This document shows positions 27,437-43,300 of a stretch of DNA of 64,000 nucleotides, piece after piece (the stretch's first letter is position 1; each line of letters begins with the position of its first letter). Source of the stretch: Eledone cirrhosa (Eukaryota); the NCBI GenBank assembly GCA_964016885.1, contig OZ024742.1, forward strand, positions 355,322,001 through 355,386,000. Reading direction: 5' to 3'. The notes under the pieces are model-generated. The model did not search any database, was not told where the DNA came from, and saw only the letters and a program-made list of their open reading frames with translations. The position numbers and the translations under genes were made by a program.

Positions 27437-27526
<90 letters not shown>

Positions 27527-27950
27527 GCTTTAGCAGACTACAAAGCATTGTATCATCTTATTAAATGTTATGTTACAGCCACATCCATATAAATACCAGT
27601 AAACTAGTAAATACATACCATCAACATTATCGAATTATCATCATAACAATTTAATGAACATCAGATTTATTCTGGCTTCCTGTCTCCATATGTGGAGCTC
27701 CTCGTCAGCATTATTGTGATTATATAACGATTAGAGACATTGCCAATTAATTTTATATGTGGAAATTAAGTCGTTCGCGAAATACTAAAACTGATCTGGA
27801 ATGGAAAGATTTTGATAGAAATATAATGAAAATCTCGCAATGATTATTACACAATTTTATGATATTGTAAGTATCATGCACAAGTCTACTGTATATACAT
27901 CTATATATATATAAATGTATACTTAGACATATCTCTCTATATCACTAAAT

Positions 27951-28082
<132 letters not shown>

Positions 28083-28845
28083 ATATCTATCTATCTATCT
28101 CTCTCTCTCTCTATCGATTATCTAACTATCTGTGTATGTATGTGCCGAGAGAGTGTGTGTGTGGGTGTAAGTGTTTGTATGTATGTATGTATATATGTAT
28201 GTGCTTGTATATATGTATATATGTATGTATGTGTGTACGTATGTATGTATGTATGTATATATGTATGTATGTATATATGTATGCATGTGCTTGTATATAT
28301 GTATATATGTATGTATGTACGTATGTATGTATGTATATATGTATGTATGTATGTATGTAGGGGTAGTGTGTTTGCTCTTATCTTAGATTTTACGAGCTAG
28401 AGATTTTGATGGACGCTGTTGTTGGAAATCAATAGCACAATGTATCATGATCATGGAATAATTGGTGGACATGCAGGAACGTATAATTGGGTGTGGAATA
28501 TCTCATAAATCGCAATGACGTCTGTAATAGTTGAAGTTATCAGATTCATGGAATATTGTGATAAGTAATACTATATCAATATTTCGTTTGAACAAATCAA
28601 CAGGTAGTCAGAATATCAATTGAAAATAAAAACGAAACCATCACCTGTCTTTGTTGACACCTTCTCAGTGTATTAACATGTCGTCAATGAAATGTACTAA
28701 TATGAACTTTAAAACCTTCACTGGGCATTTTAAGATCGTGTCAATGTAGGCAGATATTTCATTTTTCTTTTCTTATATCAATGTTTTGATTCCATGCACC
28801 TTACATTTTGATTTTTCTTTTCATCATTATTTAATATAAAGTTAG

Positions 28846-29560
28846 GGCGGTGGATTGGCAGTATTGGTAGAGGGTCGGACGCCATGCTTTGCAACATATA
28901 GATACGGCCCTTTATAATCTCAGTTCAAATCCTGTCGAGGTTAACTTTGCCTTTCACCCATACGGGGTTGATGAAATAAAGTAGCAGTAATACACCGGGT
29001 TAATTGCTGGCCTTGTGCCAAAAGTAGAAACAATTATTTAATATAAAGTGAGGGCGGTGAAATGGCAGTATTGGTAGAGGGTCGGACGCCATGCTTTGCA
29101 GCATTAAGTTACGGCCCTTTATAATCTGAGTTCAAATCCTGTCGAGGTTAACTTTGTCTTTCATCATTACGGGGTCGACGAAATAATGTACCAGTCATGC
29201 ACTGGTTTCGATTTAATCGACTTTCCCCCTCCCCAAAAATTGCTGGTCTCGTGAAGACCAATATTTAATATACACTGTTAAACTTGCCATTCTGAGTTCA
29301 AATCCCGCCGACGTTAACTTTGCCTTTCCTCCTTACGGGGTCGATAAAGTACCAGTAATGCACTGGATATTTGCTGGCCTTTTGCCAAAAAAGTAGAAAC
29401 ATTTATTTAATATAAAGTGTGTTTGTTCAAATCCCGGTGAGGCTAATGTTGTCTTTCATCTTCCTAATGGTCGATAACAGAATGTGTCAACCGAGTACTC
29501 TGGATTGTTTAATCAAATATACTCTTCTTGGACATTTTCTGGTTACGTGCAAAAATTAGT
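28846..29560 (+). mobile_element. Tandem SINE array (28846-29033, 29053-29255, 29291-29402, plus a degraded fourth copy)
   Basis: Head-to-tail copies, each preceded by a TATTTAATATAAAGT-like linker. Confidence 0.85.
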
Positions 29561-29825
29561 AATCATTAATTGTTAGAGATCGTGTTACAACATTATCTAT
29601 TTTATTCAATTTATATATAAAACATCTTTCTATATACCTTACTGTTTCGAATCTCAGCAATCTAATTTTATTTAGAAATATGATTTAATTTGTGAGTGAG
29701 ATAGAGGCTTAAAGGTGAATTAAAGAACAAGAAATATGTTTCATTTGAACATAGATGAGCATACTAATCTTAATAGAATCGTCGATATTGTACACCTGAT
29801 AATAATACTATCTATAACACAGGCA

Positions 29826-29859
<34 letters not shown>

Positions 29860-30018
29860 TCTCTAAATATTTAAATACATAAAAACATATCTATCTATAT
29901 ACGTATATATATATATTTGCTCTACGGTTCTTATATATTTGATATATATTTATCCTTATCGAGCCCTCTTTGGATTCTAGTCTTCAAATTTTTGCTTAAA
30001 CTTTAATCTGTTATTTTA

Positions 30019-30076
<58 letters not shown>

Positions 30077-30535
30077 CGTATTTGAATTTATTTAGTGAGA
30101 TTTATTATCTGAAAACGTGTGATGAAACAGCTATTGTTATACTTCGGAAGGGTCATGCTGCCACCAAAAACACACGCACCTGCGGTTTTTACTTCAATTT
30201 ATTATAGGTTTCCGGTCGCTTGGTTGGTTCGATAACCGGGCAGTTGTTTATATATTGTCAAATATGTGTCGTCAAACATTCTGCGACCTCCTCAGTGCGT
30301 AGGTTTATATTTTGTCTCTTACTCCTTTGTTCTGTCCTATAACATCTTAATTGTTGTGTGTTGTGTGTTACATCCGTGTAACATGTATATGTATGTCACA
30401 TAGAGATAGAACAAACAACTAACTAATGACAAATGAATAAACACATAAATAAATAAACACACACACCCGGATGTGACGCATGCGGAAACTAAGCACATAG
30501 CACACAACACATAATAACCAGATGGTGTCCGACAG

Positions 30536-30568
<33 letters not shown>

Positions 30569-31986
30569 CGGTGTCGAAACTGCCTAAGTCCATCTCAACG
30601 GCTGATGAGTATGGAGTTATCTGTCCTTCGTTTCTATAGAGCAATACGTTTTAAAGGTTATCCCTTAAAATTATGTTTTTCTGTTTTGTTTTCTTAGTTG
30701 CTTTTTTTTTATTTTGGCGGTGTTCATATATAGTTGAAGGCAACATATGTTGGGTAATCCGACAGAATACCTTTGACGTAGGTTGGATATTGCTATCAAA
30801 TAGAATTTCCTCTAGCTATATGGGCAACAACAACGCATTGGGAAGGGAACTTCCCTCAAGCTATATGGACAGTAGCCCCGCTACACTGAGCCCACGGTAA
30901 ACAACCCCTACACCTTCACCACCCCTACCCCTGCCTCGATCGACTCCTATGGCAGCACATACTTATGCATATGTCCATACATAGATCCTGCTATTTAAGA
31001 TTTTACATGCACTGATACATACATATGTGTGTGTGCGCGTATATATATATACCTATATATATATATGGGTGTGTGTGTGTTTGTATAATCTGTGTGTGTG
31101 TGGATGTGTGTCATTATGGGATGCACCTGGGCCCGTCTTGGTGCGTGTGGGCTTGCACCGATGTGGGTTGACATACACACATATGTACTCTATGCCAAAG
31201 TAAAAACTGTAGTCCTCTGCTTTTCCGGATTTTGACACTCAGGTTATGGTGTTTTACACCCCACTCCTGCCTCATTTGCTCTAAAATGCACCACCCATGG
31301 CAGTGTAAATATCGTAACCCTTTGCATTTCCCGATTCTGGCACATAGCCTTTATACTTCAGTCAATATTTTCCAAATCTTTCAAACTTTAATATTGGCTA
31401 TAACACGCACGCACTTTATTCTTCTTTGATATTTGATATTGGCTATAACAAACACGCATTTTATTCTATTTTATTTATTTATTTATTTATTTTTTTAAAT
31501 CTTCATTTTATTGTATCTTATCTTATTATTTTATAATTTTTTTATTTTTTTAATATTTTATTTCTTCATTTTACCTTATTTCATTATCTGTTTGCCCCAC
31601 CCCCACCACCACGTGAAAGGGTGGTAGGATTGATGTCAACCCACATACACTCCTTCTTCTAAAGACAGCAGCAGTAGAACTAAGGCTGACCTGCCAGCTA
31701 ACCCCCGTAACACCAATAACAACAAGGGGGGAGGTCAGCTGTACTTAACAAAGACAACCTCAACAGATTGTCTTGCCTTAGAAAAAGATTTCCTATAGAT
31801 TTTGACTGAGGAATGGTCTCACAACTGACCAATGGGAGGAGAGAGTGTCCTATGATGCCGAAATTCGTTTGTTCTAATTCATATGATTCCAGTTCCACAG
31901 CCCAACCAGGAGCTGGACATATCGGAGTATTGAGGGAGTAAAACACTTTAACAACATGTGTACCATTCTCTACCACACCAATTCGG

Positions 31987-32041
31987 ACTGCCTGAAGAGG
32001 TCACAGCCAATGATGGCTGTCACCGAAATATATATAGCAGT
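31987..32041 (+). ncRNA. Compact type I hammerhead ribozyme
   Basis: ACTGC-CTGAAGA-GGTCACAGCCA-ATGA-TGGCTGTCACC-GAAA-TATATA-TA-GCAGT. All core nucleotides present, 5-bp stem I, 11-bp stem II with 1 mismatch, palindromic stem III. Confidence 0.85.
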
Positions 32042-32204
32042 ACATATTTAATAAACGAGGCCAAATTTTAAATGTTTGACTTAATTACTTTATTTTACAT
32101 TACTCCGGAGTAAACCAACCTGCGTACTTCGTCGAGTGCTCCAATCTGCATACTGAGGTGTCAGTAAACAACCAATCTATACTCAAAATATATAAATATA
32201 TATG

Positions 32205-33848
<1,644 letters not shown>

Positions 33849-34340
33849 TTTTATTACTCCAAGTATAACCTACATAAGAATTACGGCGAACTCGCTGCCT
33901 AAATATGGAAACATCTTGTTGAGTTAAACAAAGCCGTACGTTAAAACTATCCACGGCGCAGAGTACTCACACCCTCTAACTTGTACCCACTTACCAACCT
34001 CTGTAAATTGTAACTTCATAAAATATACGCTTGTAATACTGAGGATTTGTTTGATTTCATTTTTCATTCCCTCCATAGTAATGTTCGGAAAAATAAAATT
34101 AGTAATAAAAGGATGAATGGTTATGCTCAACTTCACTTATTTCACGATCATCACCTAATGTACAAACTTTATTTAAATCCTTTAATGTACGACTATACTT
34201 AAGATATGAAATAATCAAGGACAAGTAATGTAAAGAACGTAATTGCATTTAATAGAGACAACCTACTACACTTCTAAAGCTGTGTCTGTTTGATCTTTAT
34301 TGATCCACTTAAAATTCTCATAAGTATATCTAAATTTCTT

Positions 34341-34515
34341 GTAGATGAGGAAAACTTGTTTCGGAACTGAATGCCAAATCGAACGTTCATTTGTAAAGAA
34401 GAAATAACTGCACCAGAATTCAAACCTTCCAAAGATCGTATAGCTGTGCTACTTTGTCGTAATGATCCAAGGGATCGAAATCTCAGGTCAATGGCTGTTT
34501 ATCATGCTGTAACAA
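34341..34515 (+). pseudogene. Tigger/pogo DDE transposase remnant
   Basis: VDEENLFRN*MPNRTFICKEEITAPEFKPSKDRIAVLLCRN matches the Tigger VDETGLFWK.MP.RTFI.KEE..APGFK..KDR.TLLL motif. Confidence 0.75.
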
Positions 34516-34865
34516 CAATAGCTATGTAAGCATACTTTCAATCCCATCAGTAGATATATTACGGATAATTTCTAACATCTGTAAGAACACTAAGCTAATG
34601 ATTATGACGATGATGAGGATTCTATGAACCTTAATATCTAAAGATTTGTTTAAGATGTCCAGTACTTACTTAATGCTATAGCCATTTTCACTGAAAGTGA
34701 TCTTCAAAGATATTTCGGGTACACAGTCAGAAATGTGCGATTGCAAGAACTATAAATAATCATAGAAACCGACGAAAATATCCATCAATATATTTTCGTA
34801 AGATTTCGTAAGTAAATATATTATTTCCGTTTGTTAACGTTTCTAACAACGCATGCAAAGCAGAC

Positions 34866-34940
34866 TCTTCTTCTTTTCTTTCTCCACTCCTCCTGTCCCT
34901 TCTTCTTCTTCATCTTCTTATTCTTCTTCTTCTTCTTATT

Positions 34941-34982
<42 letters not shown>

Positions 34983-34983
34983 G
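34866..34983. repeat. (CTT)n/(TTA)n tract at the left edge of the retrotransposon array
   Basis: Direct observation. Further (TTA)n spacers at 39530-39569, 40341-40366, 44669-44722, 47120-47149, 51700-51725 and 57735-57803. Confidence 0.95.
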
Positions 34984-34991
34984 TCGCCATT

Positions 34992-37900
34992 CCTTGAATC
35001 TCAGTCATTGATGTTGGTTAACTGGAAAGTCCGTTGGATTGAATATCAAGCCACTACCTGAGGCCTCAGATATTCAGGACGTATCGGAGGGTTCTTGCTG
35101 TTCCAAGCAAGCATGCCTTTTGAAGCGTTCCAAAAAGCGTGAAGGGGCCGATTTTCTTTAACCATCCCTGGAACCTTTTGGAGATAGTCCCCAGTGCGCC
35201 TATGACAATCGGGATCCCTTTGACTTCATGGCAGTTCCAAATCCTTTTCACCTCCCACTTTAGGTCCTGGTATCGGTTAATTTTCTCCCTCTCCTTCTCT
35301 TGCACTCTCGTGTCGAACGGGCAGGCCACATCCACAATCAGACACGATCTTTTTTCTTTGTCCACAACCACCAGGTCAGGTCTATTGTGTTCCAGTTTTT
35401 TGTCCATCTGTATCCTAAAATCCCACAGCACCTTCACCTGACTGTTCTCCATCACCGCCTCTGGCTTATGCTCATACCATTTCTCAGAATGTGGTAAATT
35501 GTTTACTTTGCACAGGTGCCAGTGGATCACCCTGCCCATCACATCGTGTCTCCAGCCCTTATAGTGTGTCTGGGCTAGGTGTTTCCACTCGGACACAATG
35601 TGAGCCACAGTCTCCTCTCTCTCTCCACAGATCCTGCACAGTGGGCTAGCCTCCTCCTTGTAAATATGGTGCTTCAACCACTTCGTTTTGAGGGCCTGCT
35701 CCTGCGCAGCCCTTAGCATTCCTTCTGTAGCCTTTTTGAGGTCTCCTCTTCTCAACCAGTTCCATGTCTGTGGATCTCTAAATTCAGTTTTCTCAAAGAA
35801 GGTACTATGAAGGGATTTTCCCTTAAGGCTGCTCTTCCTCCTTGATGTTATTTCCTCCTTGGACATCCCCTGGCCCACTGTCCCCTCCTTCAGTACAGTT
35901 CTGAGCATTGGCTCCTTACTATAGGTCACGTATTTGTATAGGTTGTTTTTCTCCATCTGAACACAGTCCTCTATGCTGATAAGACCTCTTCCACCCTCAG
36001 ATCTCCTTAGGTAGAGTCTATCGACATCACTCCTCTTGTGGAACATGTTGTAAATAGTCAATAGCTTCCTAGTCTTCCTATCCATTTCTTTTTGTTCAGC
36101 AACATTCCATCTCAGAATTCCCGCACTGTACGTAATAATAGACACAGCTCGGGAATTTACTGCGCTTTGGCATTTCTGCTGTTCAGATGTGACTTCAATA
36201 CGCTCCTTACTCTCCGAATGTATTCAGTTCTTAACAATTCCTTCATTTTTTGTTCTTTATGCCATCAGCCTCCAGAACGCCCAAATACTTGTATCCTTCC
36301 TCAGAGTCAATTTCCTTTATCATCTCACCTGTTGGTATCTGGATCCCGTTACTTCTGCTCAACCTACGCCTCCTCATCACAATGACTCCACATTTACCAA
36401 TACCAAACTGCATACATATATCACTGCTGAAAATACGGACAGTGTCAACAAGCACATCCAACTCCTTCTCACTTTTCCCGAAGAGCTTAAGATCGTCCAT
36501 GAAGAGGAGGTGATTGATGGTAAGCTCTCCCCTTCATAACTTGTATCCTGCTCTCACTTTTCGCAGCATAATGGTCAAGGGCATCAGGGCAAGGACAAAC
36601 AACAGAGGGGACAGGCTATCTCCCTGGAAGATACCTCTTTTGATCTTCACGCTTCCCAAGGGTACTCCAGTTGATGTCAACTCTGTCTCCCAGGACCCCA
36701 TACTCCTGCCTAGCAACTGTCTGATGTTATCTGCCACCCTGAAGATCTCCAGGCTTTTGGTGATCCAAGAATGAGGCACCATGTCAAATGCCTTTCTGTA
36801 GTCTATCCATCTCATGGCAAGATCAGTGTGTCTCCTCCTGCAAATTCCCCATTACCATCTTATCAATAAGTAACTGGTCCTTTGTACCACGTGACTTCTT
36901 TCGGCATCCTTTCTGTTCGTCCGGTAACAAGTTGTTTGTGTGGAGGTGATGGTAGATTTCCTCAGACACAATGCTCGTCAACAGTTTCCACATTACGGAC
37001 AGACATGTGATAGGTCTATAGTTGGTAACATCATTACCCTTGATTCGGTCTTTCATTATCAGAACTGTGGTACCTTTTGTCAACCACTCTGGCACCTCAC
37101 ACGACACCAAGCAGTCATTGAACATGGCCGTCAGCTTCGGGTGGAGGGATGTTAAATGTTTAATCCAATACCCCTGCACACCATCTGGGCCTGGTGATTT
37201 CCAGTTGGTTAGTATTTTGGCCTGCCCCTTAAGAGTTTCAACTGTGATACTCAAATCAGTTTGTTGCTGTGCCTGCTCACCGATCTCCCTCTGTACTGTC
37301 TCAATCCACCCTGCCTGGACATTATGTCTAACATCCTGCTCCCATATTCCTCTCCAGAATGTTTTAGTTTGCTCCGCCTCACGGATCAAGTCGTTGCCTC
37401 TTTCTTTCCCCTCAAGCTGTCCAAACAACATCTTCTGGTTGTTGTCGAACATGCGGTTCTGTTTATACTGACTGACTCTGATCTCGTATCGCCTGATTTT
37501 TGCACTCTTTGCTACAATGCGTTGCTTCAGTTCCTCTATGATAATATTTAGCTTTTTCCTCCTAGTTTTGTATTTTATTTCCAGTCTATTTTTAGTGCCT
37601 ATGTTTTTTAGTGTCCCATTCAGTAGTGACTCAAGCTTTCCTATGTCATTTCTCATTTCCCCGATTTGCCCACTCAGTCGCTTCTTCCACCACGGCTCTG
37701 CTCTTTCTTGTCTGTTGTTTCCTCTCGCTTTTATACCAAGTAGTTTCCTCACCGTATTTGCTGTTGCTTTGAGGATATTGTTGCACTGGTGAAGGCTCCT
37801 CGCCTCAAGGTATGGGATGACTTTGTTTACCTTAGCTGTTGTTTCTTTTAACTTTTTCCTGTCTACAAATATTAGGTTCATAGGTCTCCCACTATCATTG

Positions 37901-39529
37901 TTCAATTCATCTACCACTAAATTTAGGATGTCAACCGAATCTTGTCCTAGCCCGTCAGCATTCATCTCCTCAGTGGCCGTATCTCTGTTCCAGGTATTAT
38001 TTATCTCAGTATTCAGATCATTGTCTGCTTCGGCTGGTTCCTCCGTTCTCAGGACCTCTTCACCTTCATTTCCCACTGGCTCGCTTGTCTGGCATACTAC
38101 ACCCGCCATCTCCAAGTCATTCTCTCTGCTCAGTTCCTCCAGTTCCAGCTCGCTTATACACCCATTAGTTCTTATTACCCGAGCCTGCCCGGCCAATTTT
38201 TGTTCATCTAATTTAAATAAACCAATCTCGTTCCAGATGTTATGCATCCGTCTCCTGTAGCCCCTCTCCTTGGGGATACTTTTCAGGTAACATTGCATAA
38301 CAGTTATATTCAATTTTTTCGTCCAGTTGGTTCTGGCCCCTTTCCTTCTTCTCCTTCCTCCAACATCAGCAGTATTTGGTTGACAGTCAGGTTCCTGCTG
38401 CTGAGCCAGGGGGCACCTGTTGGGTGAGAGTCTGTCACATGACGTTCTAGTCTCCATTTCGCCGTTATTCGAACTGTTTATGTTCGATATTTAAACACTC
38501 TTATCGAGGATTGGCGAATGTATGGTTACATAGCCATCTGTGGATCCGCCATTCCACTTGGCCCTTGTGTGGAATTATCACCACGCTGTATACGAACACA
38601 CATAAACAAACAAACACACAGGCAGAAAGGGCCCCAAAAATGAATAAGCATAAGTTTCATTGTAATGTAGTGTTCGAATGTCTGACTTAGTTTTTGTTTT
38701 TTAAGTTTTAGTTTTTCCCCCCTCTTCTCTGTCCGTCCGCCTGCTTCTCTCTTCATTCTTATTTTCTTTACGTTTTGGGGTTTTTTTTTTTGATTTTGTT
38801 TTTGTTTTTCTCTGTTTTTCTTGTTTTTTGCTGTTGTTGCTGTGCTGCTTTGGTTTTGTTGTTTGTTTTTTCTTTTTTCTTTTGAGTCTATCTATATATT
38901 TTGATGCCTTCCTCTATTTTAGCAGTAGGGATTCTATAATGTGGTGGCAGCAGCCAGCTGATAGAAGTGGTAGACTGGCGGTGGTAGCGATACTGAGACA
39001 GTGTTGGTGGTGATGTCGATACCGAGGCAGTGGTGGCGGTGATGTCACCGTATTACTGTAGTGATGGTGCTGTAGCGGTGGTAACAGTGAAGGAGTGAAG
39101 GGGTGGTGGCGGCGGTGATGGGATAATGGTGGTAATGATGGCCGTAGTGAGCGGTGGTGATGAAAATGCCGTTATCTGGCTGTTGTGTTTAGTGTACACA
39201 AGTGATGGGGTGGGTGGTGTATCTAGTTTCTGGTGTTGGTGAGTTTGGCTGTTCTATATAGTGTAGACAGAGGAGAGGAGGGGGGTTCTTCTTCCATTTA
39301 TAGCCATTTTCTTTTTTGGATATACATTGTACAATACAAAGTTGAATATTTAAATATTTGAGCCTTATAACAATATATTTTGGGTCCGAATTTTGTGTGG
39401 CTCAAGCCGACTGCTTTACGTAGCATTTGTACTAAGAGTTGTTATTTCACAAATGATTTAAATATGTTAAAAATTCAAAACTTACGGGAGCGATTTCATG
39501 ACCTCCGTCACCTCGTGCGTCTTCTTCCC
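34992..39529 (-). mobile_element. R4/Dong-like RT+RLE retrotransposon, family B, copy E1, full length, frameshifted (ORF 38457->35066)
   Basis: N-terminal RTNWTKKLN...GYRRRMHNIW; [25 protein letters not shown]; knuckle CRIC..H..W (last Cys mutated); RLE RPDLVV..DVACP..KINRY. ~1.07-kb 5' UTR. (TTA)n at both sides. Confidence 0.93.
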
Positions 39530-39560
<31 letters not shown>

Positions 39561-39569
39561 GTTGTTATT

Positions 39570-40336
39570 CCTTGAATCTCAGTCATTGATGTTGGTTAAC
39601 TGGAAAGTCCGTTGGATTGAATATCAAGCCACTACCTGCAGCCTCAGATATTCAGGACGTATCGGAGGGTTCTTGCTGTTTCAAGCAAGCATGCCTTTTG
39701 AAGCGTTCCAAAAAGCGTGAAGGGGCCGATTTTCTTTAACCATCCCTGGGAACTTTTGGAGATAGTCCCCAGTGCGCCTATGACAATCGGGATCACTTTG
39801 ACTTCATGGCAGTTCCAAATCCTGTTCACCTCCCACTTTAGGTCCTGGTATCGGTTAATTTTCTCCCTCTCCTTCTCTTGCACTCTCGTGTCGAACAGGC
39901 AGGCCACATCCACAATCAGACACCTTCTTTTTTCTTTGTCCACAACCACCAGGTCTGGTCTATTGTGTACCAGTTTTTTGTCCGTCTGTATCCTAAAATC
40001 CCACAGCACCTTCACCTGATTGTTCTCCATCATCGCCTCTGGCCTATGCTCATACCATTTCTCAGAATGTGGTAAATTGTTTACTTTGCACAGGTGCCAG
40101 TGGATCACCCTGCCCATCACATCGTGTCTCCAGCCCTTATAGTGGGTCTGGGCTAGGTGTTTACACTCGGACACAATGTGAGCCACAGTCTCCTCTCTCT
40201 CTCCACAGATCCTGCACAGTGGGCTAGCCTCCTCCTTGTAGATATGGTGCTTCAACCACTTCGTTTTGAGGGCCTGCTCCTGCGCAGCCATTAGCATTCC
40301 TTCTGTAGCCTTTTTGAGGTCTCCTCTTCTCAACCA
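39570..40336 (-). mobile_element. Dong-like family B copy E2, 5'-truncated (CCHC+RLE+3' UTR)
   Basis: ORF 39644..40333; 3' end matches E1; (TTA)n flanks. Confidence 0.93.
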
Positions 40337-40366
40337 TATATTTTTATTATTATTGTTATTGTTATT

Positions 40367-43300
40367 CCTTGAATCTCAGTCATTGATGTTGGTTAACTGG
40401 AAAGTCCGTTGGATTGAATATCAAGCCACTACCTGCAGCCTCAGATATTCAGGACGTATCGGAGGGTTCTTGCCGTTCCAAGCAAGCATGCCTTTTGAAG
40501 CGTTCCAAAAAGCGTGAAGGGGCCGATTTTCTTTAACCATCCCTGGAAACCTTTGGAGATAGTCCCCAGTGCGCCTATGACAATCGGGATCACTTTGACT
40601 TCATGGCAGTTCCAAATCCTTTTCACCTCCCACTTTAGGTCCTGGTATCGGTTAATTTTCTCCCTCTCCTTCTCTTGCACTCTCGTGTCGAACGGGCAGG
40701 CCACATCCACAATCAGGCACGATCTTTTTTATTTGTCCACAACCACCAGGTCAGGTCTATTGTGCTCCAGTTTTTTGTCCGTCTGTATCCTAAAATCCCA
40801 CAGCACCTCCACCTGATCGTTCTCTATCACCGCCTCTGGCTTATGCTCATACCATTTCTCAGAATGTGGTAAATTGTTTACTTTGCACAGGTGCCAGTGG
40901 ATCACCCTGCCCATCACATCGTGTCTCCAGCCCTTATAGTGTGTCTGGGCTAGGTGTTTCCACTCGGACACAATGTGAGCCACAGTCTCCTCTCTCTCTC
41001 CACAGATCCTGCACAGTGGGCTAGCCTCCTCCTTGTAAATATGGTGCTTCAACCACTTCGTTTTGAGGGCCTGCTCCTGCGCAGCCATTAGCATTCCTTC
41101 TGTAGCCTTTTTGAGGTCTCCTCTTCTCAACCAGTTCCATGTCTGTGGATCTCTAAATTCAGTTTTCTCAAAGAAGGTACTATGAAGGGATTTTCCCTTA
41201 AGGCTGCTCTTCCTCCTTGATGTTATTTCCTCCTTGGGTATCCCCTGGCCTACTGTCCCCTCCTTCAGTACAGCTCTGAGCATTGGCTCCTTACTATAGG
41301 TCACGTATTTGTATAGGTTGTTTTTCTCCATCTGAACACAGTCCTCTATGCTGATAAGACCTCTTCCACCCTCAGATCTCCTTAGGTAGAGTCTATCGAC
41401 ATCACTCCTCTTGTGGAACATGTTGTAGATAGTCAATAGCTTCCTAGTCTTCCTATCCATTTCTCTTTGTTTAGCAACATTCCATCTCAGAATTCCCGCA
41501 CTGTACGTAATAATAGACACAGCTCGGGAATTTACTGCGCTTATGGCATTTCTGCTGTTCAGATGTGACTTCAATACGCTCCTTACTCTCCGAATGTATT
41601 CAGTTCTTAACAATTCCTTCATTTTTTTGTTCTTTATGCCATCAGCCTCCAGAACGCCCAAATACTTGTATCCTTCCTCAGAGTCAATTTCCTTTATCAT
41701 CTCACCTGTTGGTATCTGGATCCCGTTACTTCTGCTCAACCTACCCCTCCTCATCACAATGACTCCACATTTACCAATACCAAACTGCATACATATATCA
41801 CTGCTGAAAATACGGACAGTGTCAACAAGCACATCCAACTCCTTCTCACTTTTCCCGAAGAGCTTAAGATCGTCCATGAAGAGGAGGTGATTGATGGTAA
41901 GCTCTCCCCTTCCCAACTTGTATCCTGCTCTCACTTTTCGCAGCATAATGGTCAAGGGCATCAGGGCAAGGACAAACAACAGAGGGGACAGGCTATCTCC
42001 CTGGAAGATACCTCTCTTGATCTTCACGCTTCCCAAGGATACTCCAGTTGATGTCAACTCTGTCTCCCAGGACCCCATACTCCTGCCCAGCAACTGTCTG
42101 ATGTTATCTGCCACCCTGAAGATCTCCAGGCTTTTGGTGATCCAGGAATGAGGCACCATGTCAAATGCCTTTCTGTAGTCTATCCATCCCATGGCAAGAT
42201 CAGTGTGTCTCCTCCTGCAATTCCCCATTACCATCTTATCAATAAGCAACTGGTCCTTTGTACCACGTGACTTCTTTCAGCATCCTTTCTGTTCGTCCGG
42301 CAACAAGTTGTTTGTGTGGAGGTGATGGTAGATTTCCTCAGACACAATGCTCGTCAACAGTTTCCACATTACGGGCAGACATGTGATAGGTCTATAGTTG
42401 GTAACATCATTACCCTTGATTCGGTCTTTCATTATCAGAACTGTGGTACCTTTTGTCAACTACTCTGGCACCTCACCCGACACCAAGCAGTCATTGAACA
42501 TGGCCGTCAGCTTCGGGTGGAGGGATGTTAAATGTTTAATCCAATACCCCTGCACACCATCTGGGCCTGGTGATTTCCAGTTGGTTAGTATTTTGGCCTG
42601 CCCCTTAAGAGTTTCAACTGTGATACTCAAATCAGTATGTTGCTGTGCCTGCTCACCGATCTCCCTCTGTACTGTCTCAATCCACCCTGCCTGGGCATTG
42701 TGTCTAACATCCTGCTCCCATATTCTTCTCCAGAATGTCTTAGCTTGTTCCGCCCCAGGGATCAAGTCGTTGCCTCTTTCTTTCCCCTCAAGCTGTCCAA
42801 ATAGCATCTTCTGGTTGTTGTCGAACATGCGGTTCTGTTTATACTGACTGACTCTGTTCTCGTATCGCCTGATTTTGGCACTCTTTGCTACAATGCGTTG
42901 CTTCAATTCCTCTATGATAATATTTAGCTTTTTACTCCTAGTTTTGTATTTTATTTCCAGTCTATTTTTAGTGCCTATGTTTTTTAGTGTCCCATTCAGT
43001 AGTGACTCAAGCTTTCCTATGTCATTTCTCATTTCCCCGATTTGCCCACTCAGTCGCTTCTTCCACCACGGCTCTGCTCTTTCTTGTCTGTTGTTTCCTC
43101 TCGCTTTTATACCAAGTAGTTTCCTCACCGTATTTGCTGTTGCTTTGAGGATATTGTTGCACTGGTGAAGACTCCTCGCCTCAAGGTATGGGATGACTTT
43201 GTTTACCTTAGCTGTTGTTTCTTTTAACTTTTTCCTGTCTACAAATCTTAGGTTCATAGGTATCCCACTATCATTGTTCAACTCATCTACCACTAAATTT

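Noticed and set aside
28387-28570. Possible host exon after a TCTTAG acceptor
   Set aside because: All three frames close within ~25 codons and no recognisable domain is present.
30570-30635. GAAAC..GTC...CTGATGAG as a type II hammerhead; similar weak motifs at ~1440-1475, ~14450-14490 and ~30109-30135
   Set aside because: Stems I/II do not pair convincingly or core bases are mutated; at most decayed Penelope ends.
38526-38756. 76-aa ORF MKREAGGRTEKR... repeated at 43902 and 50947
   Set aside because: Recurs only because the Dong-B copies are recent; no domain or selection evidence.
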